From: Lama glama
Lineage: Eukaryota
Direction: 5' to 3'
Length of the DNA: 64,000 nucleotides
Assembly: GCA_028534125.1 (NCBI GenBank)
Contig: CM052816.1
Span: 93,188,001 to 93,252,000 of the forward strand
This document shows, in pieces, positions 24,801-38,000 of the stretch (positions are counted from its first letter, which is position 1; the number at the start of each line of letters is the position of its first letter). Position numbers and translations under genes: made by a program. Under the pieces are notes generated by a model. The model made no database searches. It was not told the origin of the DNA and saw only the letters and a program-made list of their open reading frames with translations.

Positions 24801-27800
24801 GAAGTAAGCCAGAAAGAGAAAGAAAAATACCATATAATATGACTTATATGTGGACTCTAAAAAAAAAAAACCAAACGAACTTATTTACAAAACAGAAACA
24901 GACTCACAGACATAGAAAACAAACATGATTACTAGGAAGGGAAGCAGGTCGGGAGGGATAAATTGGAAATTCGAGATCTGCAGATACTAACTACTCTATA
25001 TGAAATAGATAAACAACACGTTTCTACTGTGTAGCACAGGGAGTATATTCAATATCTTGTAGTAACCTATAATAAAAAAGATTATGAAAATGATGTATAT
25101 GTATAATTGAAACACTATGCTGTGCACCAGAAATTGACACAACATTGTAAACTGACTGTACTTCAATTAAAAAAAAAAAAAGATTTGGTCTTGACTTAAT
25201 GCAATTGGAGAAGACTCCAGGGGTGGAACAGAGGAAAGGTATAACACGTGACTTTGCTGAGTTCTCAGATTCTAACCTGCTGATGTTTGGTCTGTTGCCC
25301 ATCCCTTCACCTTGTGTGTGTCCCGTGCAGGCCAACCTGGTGGTGCAGGAGAATCGCTACTTGCTGGCCATGCAGGATCTGCAGAAGGCCCAGGCCGAGC
25401 TGGACGACAAGCAAGCAGAGCTGGATGTGGTGCAGGCCGAGTATGAGCAGGCCATGACCGAAAAGCAGGTGGCTGTCCTCCGGCACCAGAGGGACTGTCC
25501 CACGCCCAACAAATGTCACGTATTTTTCATTAAGAAAACAAAATCTGGCTGTGTACCCTCCTGTCCCCAATGTGTTGGAGTGAACTTGACCTTTCGTCCT
25601 TTGGTTGCTTCTTCCCCCTCCATGGGGCTCCAGGAGAGTCCAGCAACTTATGAAATACAGGGTGTCAGGGGAAGGGTCTCGAGTCTACAGTGCACAGTCA
25701 TCACTGGTCCCCTCACCACCCAGGCTTGTGCAGTTCTCAGAGGAGTGTGTGTCTTGCTGCTCTGTGCACAGGGCAGTGCCTTTGGGTGGGGGCCCACTTC
25801 CCTAGGGACTCTGGACAGCTAGTCACCCTCTGGGATCCTAGGAGAGAGAGGGCTGGAGGCCCATTCACAGAAACCAAGGATTTCTGCACACTCCTCTAGC
25901 CAGGCTCAGAGGAAAAGTCTGCATGTCTCTCCTGTGCTTTCAGACCTTTGCCCCTTTCCATCCCATTTCCCAGTCCCCCAAAGGGAGATTCCAAAATGCA
26001 AAAGCCAGGAGGGGAGGAGTTGGCCATTTTTTCATTTGGCCACATGGGAGTGGGGATGCAGAACTTAAGGGAAATAACTTAATATTAAAAGTATCTTTCC
26101 GATGAAAACTTTGTTTTAAAGGTAGGCAGAAATAAGCAACGTGGTCTCGTAGTTCCCAACTGGCCTCTTTCTTCTTGGGGAGAAGCAAGCAAGCAAGCAA
26201 ACATGGCTGGTGTAGGTGTGCGCGTGCACTTTTCAGCTGGGCTTTTGGGTTTTCTGCATTAAGTCTGGTGGGACGGAGAACAGAGTAGATAGACTAGAAC
26301 AAACTGCAGCAAGTATCTTGCTTCTGAAAAACACTGTCTTGTGTTATTGTTACAAACGCAGTTCATGCCCCTTATGGAAAATACACGAGTGACCCTGGAG
26401 ATGAAGACTAAAAATATTTTGCTCTTTTTCATTTCATATCTGCACACCTGCCTGCTTTACATATATTAAAAGTCCATGTAAAACTCTAACAGATAACTCA
26501 GTGCATACTGCTTTATAAATTGAATTTTTAATTTAAGGATTTTTTTCTTCATTATAAACATTTCTATAAGATATTTTTAATGGCTTCAGAGTATTCTCGT
26601 TCACAGTATACCATAATCTATGTAAATAATCCTCTGTTGTTAGAGATTTATCATATACATGCTACGTATGAAAAATATTACATGAATATATATAAATATT
26701 ATACATGAATTTCCAGTGGCTGGTCCCAGAGTCACTTTATCCATATCCATTATAATTTCATAAGTATGCATTTTTACAAGTAGACTTAGCAGCTGTCTTT
26801 TAAACATAGAGAAATAGAACCATTTGTTTTTAAGAACAAAACTCCAAGGTCAATAGTGTGTGGAGGTCAGGTTAAAGGCCTTTTACTGACACGGGGAACA
26901 GCAAGGAGGACCTGCTTAGTCAGCGTGGCTGGAATTTGTGAATGAACGTCAGGATTCACAACCTGAAGAAAATCTGAAGTTTCACCTGAAGTGAAAGGAG
27001 ATGTGGCGTTAGACAAAGCAATAAAGATGCTAGAGCTTTAACAGGAGAAATATGCCTCATTTTAAAGTCGGAATGTGGATTCCTTTTCATCCTGTCGTGC
27101 TATGTGATATCAGCATGTATGCTTGTATTTTATTTCTAATATTTCTTGGTAGGGAAATCATAAATGATGCAAATTTCCATTACCTCTCAGTTTATTAACA
27201 CCTGGGGAGGGTCTGCCCAAGGGCAGAGGGCCCCTCGTGAGGAATCCACCCATGTTCCATAGACAGGGCGTAAGAGACAAGCTGAGCTAACACACGGAAA
27301 TGGAATCGAATGCTTCCTGTGGAATAAATGGCTCCCATGTCTCAGAAAGGCAGATAACATCTAATGTTTTAAAATTACGGTTTTTTAGCCTGACGCTGTA
27401 TTTATCTGAACAAAGTTTTCTTCTGCTTCTGGCTGTTTTTAGACCTTGCTTGAAGATGCAGAGAGGTGCAGACATAAGATGCAGGCGGCTTCCGCACTGA
27501 TTGGGGGGTTGGCAGGAGAAAAAGAAAGGTGGACAGAACAAAGTAAAGAGTTTGCTGCACAAACCAAAAGACTTGTAGGTATGTAGATTCCTTTATGAAT
27601 GAGATCTTGTGTTGACTGTGAGAGGGAGTGAGCAAACATAAGCTTTAATCACCTGGCCAATTAATAATACCTGCTCTGAGCCTGGCTGTAAATACGAATT
27701 TTCTTATAAGAATCACTCAAGCTCTATCAAGGCAACAAGCAAAATTTCAGCCAAAGAATATAACCTCCCTCAATTATAGAAAGGACTTATATGGTTAACA

Positions 27801-30800
27801 CCAGGGTATGGACATTTACGTTTAAAGGCTCTCCAATGTTGGAAAAAAAATTGAACTATACTAAAATAAAGATAACCAACCTAATAACACTAGGATTTGG
27901 CTGTGTGTCTTATGAACAATGTCTGTGTAACATCTTCCTTAAAGATAAGGATTGGTACAGAACAGACTAAGTCAGATGACCTGGGGATACGCTGAGCTGC
28001 ACCTAGTGGAAGTTTTTGGCTTAAATTCTTACTTATGACCTTACTAACACTGCTAACTGCATTATTTGTATTTTGCCTGTTTTACAAAATCGTTGTTTCT
28101 TGCATTATCAAATGCGTGACTGAGCCTCTGATAAAATAATGACGAGGCAAGTTGAAGCAGTAGATCAGGTATATACTTCTGTATGAGACCAATGATTGTG
28201 GTAGTGCGACTCTAGATATGGGAAGAAGCAACAAGGGGGACTGTTTTCCTGGATCATGATAGATGAGTAAGACAGATGATCCAGAGAATTTTTGAGTATC
28301 AACAGGGCCTGATCCCTGTTAACACTTTTGAGTGGCATGTCAGCAGAATCTTCTGCCTGATCTAGGAATGAGCCTTCCCAGCACCGTGGGGTAAAATTGG
28401 TCGTGAAATGTCTCCCAAAATATGGTCGAATTTAGGACCAAGGGGGAGCACTGTGAACGAAAAACACTGCCAACTATATCAGTAAACAAAGGATGCTGAA
28501 GCCATTAAGTCATCAGCGGCTGCCGCCAGCCCCTAGTGAAGACAAGCCTGCAGCCCGGCCCCTGCAGCCGCTCACAATGGTGCACCCTGAGGGGACTCAG
28601 AATAAGAAAGTTCAGGACACTGGCCCTAGATGGCTAGGTGCTTGTCAAAGGAATGAATTCAATGAGCCCAAATGTTTGCTCCCTCCCATACACAGAAAGG
28701 CACTAAATTCTGTAACTTGAGATGCCTGGTTTTCTTCAGTTAACAAGTAATCTTTTCATGTTCTGACTACCTGGTCTTTGTGGTAAAGCTCCTGTATATC
28801 CTAGCTCCTCCCCTACCTCTGCGGAGCCGTCCCTCAGAGCGACCTGGGAGGCTGTCATGCCGGGCTTGAAGGGGTTCGAATCCTCAGAAACGTCTGCCGA
28901 ATAAAACATAATTCTCAACTTTTAGGTTGTGCGTTTGTTTCAGTCGACATTAGCAATCAAACCAAGACTCGATTATTTCAGATTCCGCTGTGTGTGTGTG
29001 TCCAGCTATATCAGCAGGGCGAGTGTTGGTCTGGCATCTCGGAACTCTTGTTAGATGTGTTAATGACCTTGAAAGCTCTTATCAGGTCACCTTTGAATTC
29101 TCCTAGGAGTGAATGGTCATGTTGATTAAGGTCGCTTTGAATGGAGGCTCTGTCTTCTGAGGCTTTGCATCCTTAAACTTGGAAGTCACCCCTCACATCC
29201 CACAAGAGTCACAATAATCCAGTGCTTCCGTGCTAGCAGCTATTACTCGGTGGACGGTTTGCAGTCTGTTTAACAGTGAACTGAACTACGGCTTATTTGC
29301 GACACAGCCACGTGTGGTTACAATTTGGTTTCTGAAATTTAGTTTGAAAGAATAGTTGTCTTTTTTTTTCATTTTTAATACTCTGCACAATGACAAGGCT
29401 GAGCACAAAGTATTTCAGTGGTGTTTTGTCTTCCTTCTTAGGGGATGTGTTGTTGGCTACAGCTTTTCTATCTTATTCTGGTCCATTTAACCAAGAATTT
29501 CGCAATCTGCTGTTAACCGACTGGCAGAAGGAAATGAAAGCCCGAGAAATTCCATTTGGAGATAATCTAAATCTCAACGAGATGTTGATTGATGCTCCTA
29601 CAATTAGCGAATGGAACCTCCAAGGCCTGCCAAACGATGACCTGTCCATTCAGAATGGAATTATTGTCACAAAGGCATCTCGCTATCCTTTGTTAATCGA
29701 TCCGCAGACTCAAGGCAAGATCTGGATTAAAAATAAAGAAAGCCGAAATGAACTCCAGGTAATCTGTGTTGGAGTATATTTATGTTACTAATCCATTTTA
29801 GTGCCCCAGATCAATGAGTATCTGAGGATAAAGAAATATTTGATATTTAGAAAGAATCTTAAATGTTACTATCTAGATATTAATGTTTGGAAACAATTTC
29901 TAAAAAAATTGTGTCATTTGCACTTGTGTTGGTCTTTCCTAATGCCATCTTTTAAAGGTTTCAGACACCCATTAGGACCTGAGGATCTCCTTGATAAACA
30001 GAGCAGGGCAGGATTGTATCACACCAAGTGAGCAGCACTTTATAAGGACAATTCACCATTCATTATTCCATGATTATTTGTCACAAGCGTGGTGGTGGTG
30101 AGGAAAAGGCAGTGTTGCCACCTAGAGCCTTTATGTGCTTCCCTGTAAGAGGGAGTGATGGTTCGCCAAGGGGGAGAATGCAAACAGTTTACGCTTTCTG
30201 TACCATTTCACCAGGTATGGTTCCAAGTAAGGGTCTCTGAAAATCTCAGTATTTGTCTCCAGGTGTAGAATGCTAAGGCACCATTTTCTGTCAGTTATCT
30301 TGTGATCCAGTCTGTCAAGAGCACCTCTTTGGTCCTATTTCTAGGTCACATCTCTAAATCACAAGTACTTCAGAAACCACCTGGAGGACAGTCTTTCTCT
30401 TGGAAGGCCCTTGCTTATTGAAGATGTTGGGGAGGAACTAGATCCAGCCCTGGATAATGTTTTGGAGAGAAACTTCATTAAGACCGGGTCCACCTTTAAG
30501 GTAGGTTAAGCCAGTAGAGAACAACGTGCAGAGCGATTACCCTGGGACCAGCTAAATGTGGCACAGATGACGGCTTCTCAACAGGCAGCAACTCAAATCT
30601 GAGTCAGTGGCAAGAGGCATTTGCTTTTCTCTTCCACAGACGGCTTCTCAACAGGCAGCAACTCAAATCTGAGTCAGTGGCAAGAGGCATTTGCTTTTCT
30701 CTTCCACACCTCCTGCGTTGGGATTAAAGTCTTCAACAGTTGTCCTTTTAGAAATGTCTACTTCACTTGTGTAATAAAGTCTGACTCCATTTTGATGTTT

Positions 30801-33800
30801 GACCACGGGCAGTCTTCAAGCCCCATCATGCCCCTCTCCCCTCCATCCCCAGTCTGGGCAAGATGATAAGAAAACCTGGATCCTTTCTCCTTTGATACTT
30901 GTGGGAAATTCAAACCATGCAAGCCCCTGTTCACGTCCATGTGTGGGAATCCTCATCCCAGCCCCATCCACTAACCACCGTTAAAAACCTAAAATAGCTG
31001 CCCTTCCGTACTCTCTCAAGTAATTTTTCAGAGCTGCTTAGGACCTAATATCCCCAGAAAAGCTCCTGTGAGTAATAAAACTTTTCGTTCTCTCTTGATG
31101 TGTGTGTGACATCATCAGTCTTGACTTCTGAACCAAGTTATGGGTGGGTTATCCATCTCACTCTGCAATATGATCATTGCAATTTTGGTGGTAAGTTCTA
31201 TCTTGATTGTATGGTGTATATTGAGCTTCCTCCCTTCCTTCTGTCGTCGTGGCTTGAAGCCCTGTGAATGCCTAATGACCATTTCTTCTTTAGTATACAA
31301 ATGATCTCCAGGTACATAGCCATTTAAAGGAATACTGGATCCTATACAGAAAGGACTTGGTGCGATATATCTCTGTTTTATTACTTTTAACTTTCTTTTT
31401 CATAAAAAAGGTGAAAATCAGTGACAAGGAGGTAGATGTGATGGATGGCTTCAGACTCTACATTACCACCAAGTTGCCTAATCCAGCCTACACCCCTGAA
31501 ATAAGTGCACGAACGTCCATCATCGACTTCACTGTGACCATGAAAGGTCTGGAAGACCAGTTACTGGGGAGAGTCATTCTCATGGAGAAGCAGGTGAGTG
31601 AAGTATGGCCGCCCCCTTTTCTGCATCGTGTTGTGATTCTTTCACTGATGAAAATAATATATAGTAATGGTTGTAACAGGATTGAGTTCTCCCCTTTAAT
31701 TCCTGTATTTTTTCCATTATATATTTCCAAGTGCCTTGGATAACCACTAACCAATTATCTACCCAGTAGGTTTCATCTGCATCTCATAAATCACATAAAT
31801 CATTAATTGGTTTTATATAGAGGAATGATGTAACTGTGAGAATATAAGTCTCATTTTCAGCCTCATTGTTCTGGTTTTGTATCACTTTATTTTCCTGAAG
31901 TTTATTCTATTATCAGTTCTAGTCGTCTGTTGACTTTTAGCTTTCTAGTACACATTAGGTTTTTCTTTCATTTGATTCATTACTATGCTTTTGGAATATA
32001 AATCGACAACTTAAAACATTGTACTCCGGTGACACAGCATTGCCAATTCTGATTTGCTATCTCAGAGAGAGCTCTGTGCAGGAAGCTTGTGAAGCCAGAT
32101 TTCACTCTGCACTTGTGGAAGCTACTGGCTTAATTATGCTCTAAGCATAACTCCATGTCTGTTTTCTCTCCCTGAAAAATGTCCAATAATTTATAAGCTT
32201 CCTTGTTCTAAGTCAGCATCTCTCTAGGGAACATTTGAGTCTTAAGGAAAAAAACCTAGAGGATTTTAACAGAACTGCTTTGGGGATACTGTATGAACTC
32301 TGAGTGGCTATTGATTTTTCTCCTGGGTTCAATAGCAATGAGGAGGTTACTTTACTTTACGCCCCCCTTCTACGCTGACGTAGAGATTTATTTAGGTTAA
32401 AACTACTGGCCCAAATCTTTGGACTCTGTCCCTCCCGGTGTTGTTACCTTTTCTGTAGGTCGTACCGTGCTTGCTCTTCTGAGCTTTTCCTTATGTTTCT
32501 TTCTCTCTCTCTCCTTCCCCTCTTCCTTTTTTGAATCATCTCTTTTTATTTTTAAATTTATTGTACATAAACACAGAGTTATACACTTGGAAGTTGACTA
32601 AGAGCATTTAATCTGGCTTCATAAATTCACATGGTTGGTGACCTCAGTGTGGCAGGGACGGATGCTGGAGTTCCCACCACAGACTGGCTATCGAAGTAGT
32701 CCCAGCCTTCCAGATATGTGCTGGTTTGTTTTTGGAGGGTCAGTCGAGGTGGTTGAGGAAGTTTAGCCCTGCCACACTCTTTCTTCAGGAAGGACTGGGA
32801 TTCTTGATCAACAGCAAGTCATGGTAAGATGGGGAATCCCTCAGAATCTTCGGGGCAGCGTCCATGCCTCATCTCTCAGGCTCTGCTTTCCCTGTGGTGG
32901 TGGCTTCAGGGAGATAAGGGGCTTTGATGGCAGTTTGAATAATATCCTTGCCCTTGGTTTTCTTTCTGTTCAGCTGAGATGAATACAGTCTCTTTGGGAA
33001 AAATAATTTGGCCTCCCAGAGTTTTAGTTGCCACAAAACAAAACAACAGGTCTGGGACTGAGCCATAACTGTTGCAGCAGAGGTTAAAGATGAACTGAGG
33101 AGCTCTCTGAGCTCCTTTGAAAAGATTTTGAACAGCCTTGAAGAGCCAGTGTGGATCCCAGGCCAGACCTTTTTTTTTTAATATCCTGGCAAACTTGAGT
33201 GCCTTGAGAAATTTTAAAATTACCATCGTTTCATTTTCAGACTTCATTCCAGACTCACGGTAAATAATTCTTAGCAAAGTGTGGGCAGAGTGACGTGATA
33301 CTCTCTTAGAGTAACAGAGGGTCATCCTGCCTGGAATCGTGTTATAATACAACATGTAACCTGTGTTTTCTTTTCTCCGAATCAAAGACTCACGCAAAAG
33401 GTGAGCTGCTGGACATCATTTTGACGGTTTTACGTAGTATTCTTCCTGCCAGCAGCTTTTTTTTTTTTGGAGCCTCTGTTCTGCCCACCATACTCCCGAA
33501 TTGGCCCACAGTGAGGAATCTTTTCAGCCTGGGTGGTGACAAGTGGGTCTGAGTTGATCTCTGGTGCTTTCAGGGCATTTCTGATCATCTGGTGACTTGG
33601 CTGGAAAGAGCCTATGTCTTTGCCTCTGGACCCAGATATGGAAACAAAAAAATTTTTTGAAGTCCAAATTGTTTCCTTGACCGGTGACAATGCAGTCTCT
33701 CTGACCATGATTACTTCTTAGGTGACTGTAAATATAAACTATCAACATAAAATGTCATTGGGTGAAATCGGGTCTATTGGAAGCTAGGAAGATCCCACAG

Positions 33801-35018
33801 GTGGGAGGCTGATATTGGAAAGCATCTAAGAAATTCCCTAAAAGTGGGGCTGAAGTAAGTGGTGAACATCCTGTCAGGATGAGTTACGCCTTCACCGGTC
33901 TGTCGATTCTTCTGGTGAAAGGCGGCTTAGAACAGTAAATTAGGATGCAAGGGAAAGGCTGCTCTCCTCTGGAGTTCATAAATTCACCAGCCGCCCAGTG
34001 TCCTGGGAACCCAGGCAGTGGGGAGCCTTCTTGTCACGCAGGATCTGGTCTCATGAGCGCTCAGCTGTACAGCCTGCTGGACCCTCCGATTTGTTTGCTT
34101 CGGAAACAAATGGAAACCTCCGAGCATACGAATGCAAGGACGGCAGATCTTCAGCTGGCTTTATACTTTTCTGTGTGCTTCAAGGCAGTCATTTTAAATG
34201 CCTGGGCTGTTCAAATTCACATCAAGGTCATATTCAGTTGTTGACTTGATGTACCTGGGAGTAGATTTAGACAGCCTGCTGTTGTCACCCGAAGGGTGTG
34301 TGGTGAGACTGTTTTAAACAGGCAGCAAACCAGTGGCCCTTCAGAAACTTTCCTTTAAAGAAACCCAGTCTCTCAGGGTCACTCTCACTTTGATCCTAGA
34401 GAACAAGACAGAAACTCAAAGAGAGCTAGGTACTATTAGGGGAAAAATACTAATATTGACTAATAGCTACTGGTCACAGAGTACAAGGCCTCAAGTCTCA
34501 TCATTGTTCAGAATTTTGGATGAGTGAACAGGTGTGTGATTTATTTCCTTTGGAGCTGGAAGGACCTGAACTCGGTGGAACTGACATGGGAAGTAATTTA
34601 GTAAGACACCAAACAGACATTGTTATCACCGGCTCACTGGCGGTGGAGGAAAAAAAAATCTGTTTCTGAGTTTTGTTGTTTAATCTTTCTATTTTAATTA
34701 AGGTAAAGAAGAGAAAGAATCTTCAGGAATGAAAGCCTGGCTGATAATTTTAAAATGAGAGCTCTGGAAGGCTGTCAGTCATCTGCTTTAAAAATGATGA
34801 GGTTTATGTGCACAAAGAATTTTAGTTTTTGTTTGTACCTTCATGAGCCGCTTGATTTTGATCATTTAATTAATTAGTAGTACATTTCATGAAATTTTAT
34901 GGAATCACTGCTGCATTTTCTTACTCAATTCGGCGATACTTTGCACATTATCACAGTTTCTGTAAAATTTTTATGTTGTAGCCTTAGTATATACAATCCA
35001 TAGCACAAGTGTTAACTG

Positions 35019-35069
<51 letters not shown>

Positions 35070-38000
35070 GAGGTACTCTCTTTTGTGGGCAAAATGCTTA
35101 TAGACAAAGTTATTTTGATTAATTTTTGTCTCTTAATTTCTTAATATTAATTTAGAAAATAATGCTCCTATATATTATGGAGCTAAAGTTGTAATCCAAC
35201 AGAAATGTGTTGAAATCAGTTGTACAAATGAAAATATGCCGAAAACTTTACTCCAAACTAGGTTTTCCATTTTGAAATCTCAAATAAAAAGCAAGTAGCA
35301 ATTTTTCTGTTTTCTCTCAGAGATCACTTTCTTTGCCCTCTGTTGTCCTCTTCTAGGTTTTGGCTGCTGGTGTACTATTAAATAGTTTGTTTTCATAATC
35401 CAAAATACTATCTTAAGTTGTAGTATTTACTTTAGAGTATATTATTTCATCAGTTTCAAACTATGGGGGAAATTTACTTCTTAGCCTTATTTTAATCCTT
35501 TGGGAATATATGCGTTACATTTATTGACAGTTTTATTTAATTAGTGTTGTTAACAATGATATTAAATTGACCACAATCATCTCAATAATAGCCAAGCTTT
35601 ACTTATTATCTTTAAAATCAGAAATGGAATAATTTGCACCTTATTGTATGCATTACTGATAACTGTTCATTTTACTAATAATGGTTTTCGTAAGCAACAT
35701 GGAGGCACGATTTTAGTCTCAGTTCCATAGCTCTCAGTGAGAGATGAGATTGGAAATACAGGTTGTAACAGGTTTTACAAACTATGTTGAAAATTTTGGA
35801 CCTTTCCAAATAGTTAAGGGAGATCCCTCAGTGACTGGGAGCAGAAAAGGGGGTGATGGCAGAGCAAAGGGTCTGCGGGGAGACCAGTCATGATTAAAGA
35901 AGTAATTAAAGACTACATAGGGCAATTGCTGTGTACTTGGAACAAATGGAGGGAAGAAAGATGATTATGTTGGAAGGCTCAGTAAGACTTGGTGCAGTTT
36001 TGGGATTTGACAGCCCATGGTCTTGTTTCCAGCAGACGTGAAAGCGTGTGCAAGATTAGAAGGTTCTCCTTTTTTAAAAATCCCTTTTCAGCTACTTCAT
36101 TATGCTTTTATGATGATATGTGAAATTCTAAAGTATGATTTATTTTGTGCCAACTTATAATTTTATTTTTCAAACTACTCATTTCCAAATAAATATTATA
36201 ATACATCTGAAAATACATGCTGGAAGCGAATCAAGGGAGGGGATGAAGAGATGCATTCTGAGCAGCTATCATGATCCAGTTACTGGTTTCAGCTGCTTGT
36301 CTAGTGATATCCTCACAATCACTCTCTGAGCTGTTTTTATGTCCACTTTGCAGATGAAGAAACTGAGGCTTATAGACTTGTGTAGCTAATAAATCCTGGG
36401 AGTTAGGATTCAGACATATCTTCCTGATGTCAAAATCCTCCCTCTTCCCACTGCTTTACTTTCCTTCCCTTACCTGTTCAACCAACAGTTATTAACTGGT
36501 TGGAATAATGCTTATTATGGCTTTTAAAACAGAGGCTAATACTCTTTGTGTTCATGCGATTTTGTCACCACAACCTTTATTTTTAACTTCATGGTTTTCA
36601 GTTACAAAGGGAGAATTTTCGTACCTTTATTTTTAACTTCATGGTTTTCACTTACAAAGGGAGAATTTTCGTATTTGTATTTCCGGCATTAAGACATGAC
36701 TAGATTTTTGAGTTCACCATAGGTTTCAGTTTATCAGTTTGAGAATGGGTATAGCCTTTAATCGTTCACTCCACAGTATTAATGGAGAGCCTACTACGTA
36801 TGAGGCGTTCTGCTAAGAGTTGGAGAATGTGTCAGTGAACTCCAAAATCCTTGGAGTGTAATTATTTAATTATGTCTTATGTTAGAAAGTAAGTAAATAA
36901 TCATTGCAATCAATGAGTAGTCCTCTTATGTCTTACGTTATTTCATATGATTCATCACTGCATTTAACTTTAGATTTCTAGTTTTCTCAGTAGGGAGTCG
37001 GATCTACAAAACCTGCTGAGCCATATCCAGAATACCTGATTGAGATTTATCTTTCTGAAGCTACTCTCGCCACGTGAGCTTGGTACCACGTGCGCAGGCA
37101 GCTGCCCAGTAGGAACTACCCACTAATGCCTGCCTTTCTCTTCAAAATTTTAAATACTATTTACTCATTGCCTTTTCCTTTTTTAATTCTTTTATGAACT
37201 TCAAGTCTCTTATAAAACAATGTGACTCATGAATGCACAATTTGACTTGGTGCCAGAAGCATATTTTCTTTGTTGTCTCCCAGCCTCTGGGCTTCCTGCT
37301 GCCTTTGGCTTGTTCAGTGTCACGGCCATTTCTTCCTTCCCCCACCCTCACCAGCCCCATCGTTTCTTTCCTTCTCTTTCACTGTCTCCCCCTCTCCAAA
37401 CTACCAAGCAGAAGAAGTGGCCAGTAATAACAATAATCTTCCAAAGCCATTCTCTCCCCAGTTATCCATAAAGGTCTTGCAGGAAAGAGTCAGAGCTTCA
37501 CTTCTCTTGGTGAGAACAGCGTCTTTGCAGGTCAAGATGATTTTTCAATTTAAATGTACCTGCAGTAGCAGCATAGTTTGCTTGCCTAACTTTTTGGACA
37601 CTTGCTTGTCACGGAATTGGGTACTATTTCAACAAGCAAGTTGAAAATAATCACATTCAAACAACAGCAGAAATCAAATAGGGGTAAATGTATTTAATCC
37701 AAGACATATATACTTGTCTTCAAATATATTTCAGTTTCAAAACAAGAGTAAATATAATCACAAAAGTCACTTAAAAATGATTTGACTTCAGGAAATAAAT
37801 AGATAGTAAAGGGGATATTGGTAATTTTTTTTTTTTTTTAGCAAATTTTGCATTGTTTGCCACTAATTTTTTCCTCCATTAATTCTCCTCCTCTTATTTT
37901 GGTGTCCATATTTCCCTCAGTCAAATATGGTGACTACAGTACAGAAGCTTGAGAGTAGCCCCATAGGTTAACTTTTCAAGAAATGGCCAAACAATAGTTG

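Noticed and set aside
25199..25822. 207-aa ORF as a separate gene
   Set aside because: It is the 138-nt DNAH5 exon read through into both introns.
30310..30322. 13-nt identity (gtctgtcaagagc) with the start of exon 39878
   Set aside because: Too short and with no flanking similarity; consistent with chance.
37077..37087. Polylinker-like agcttggtacc (vector contamination)
   Set aside because: Only 11 nt, with no further vector sequence around it.
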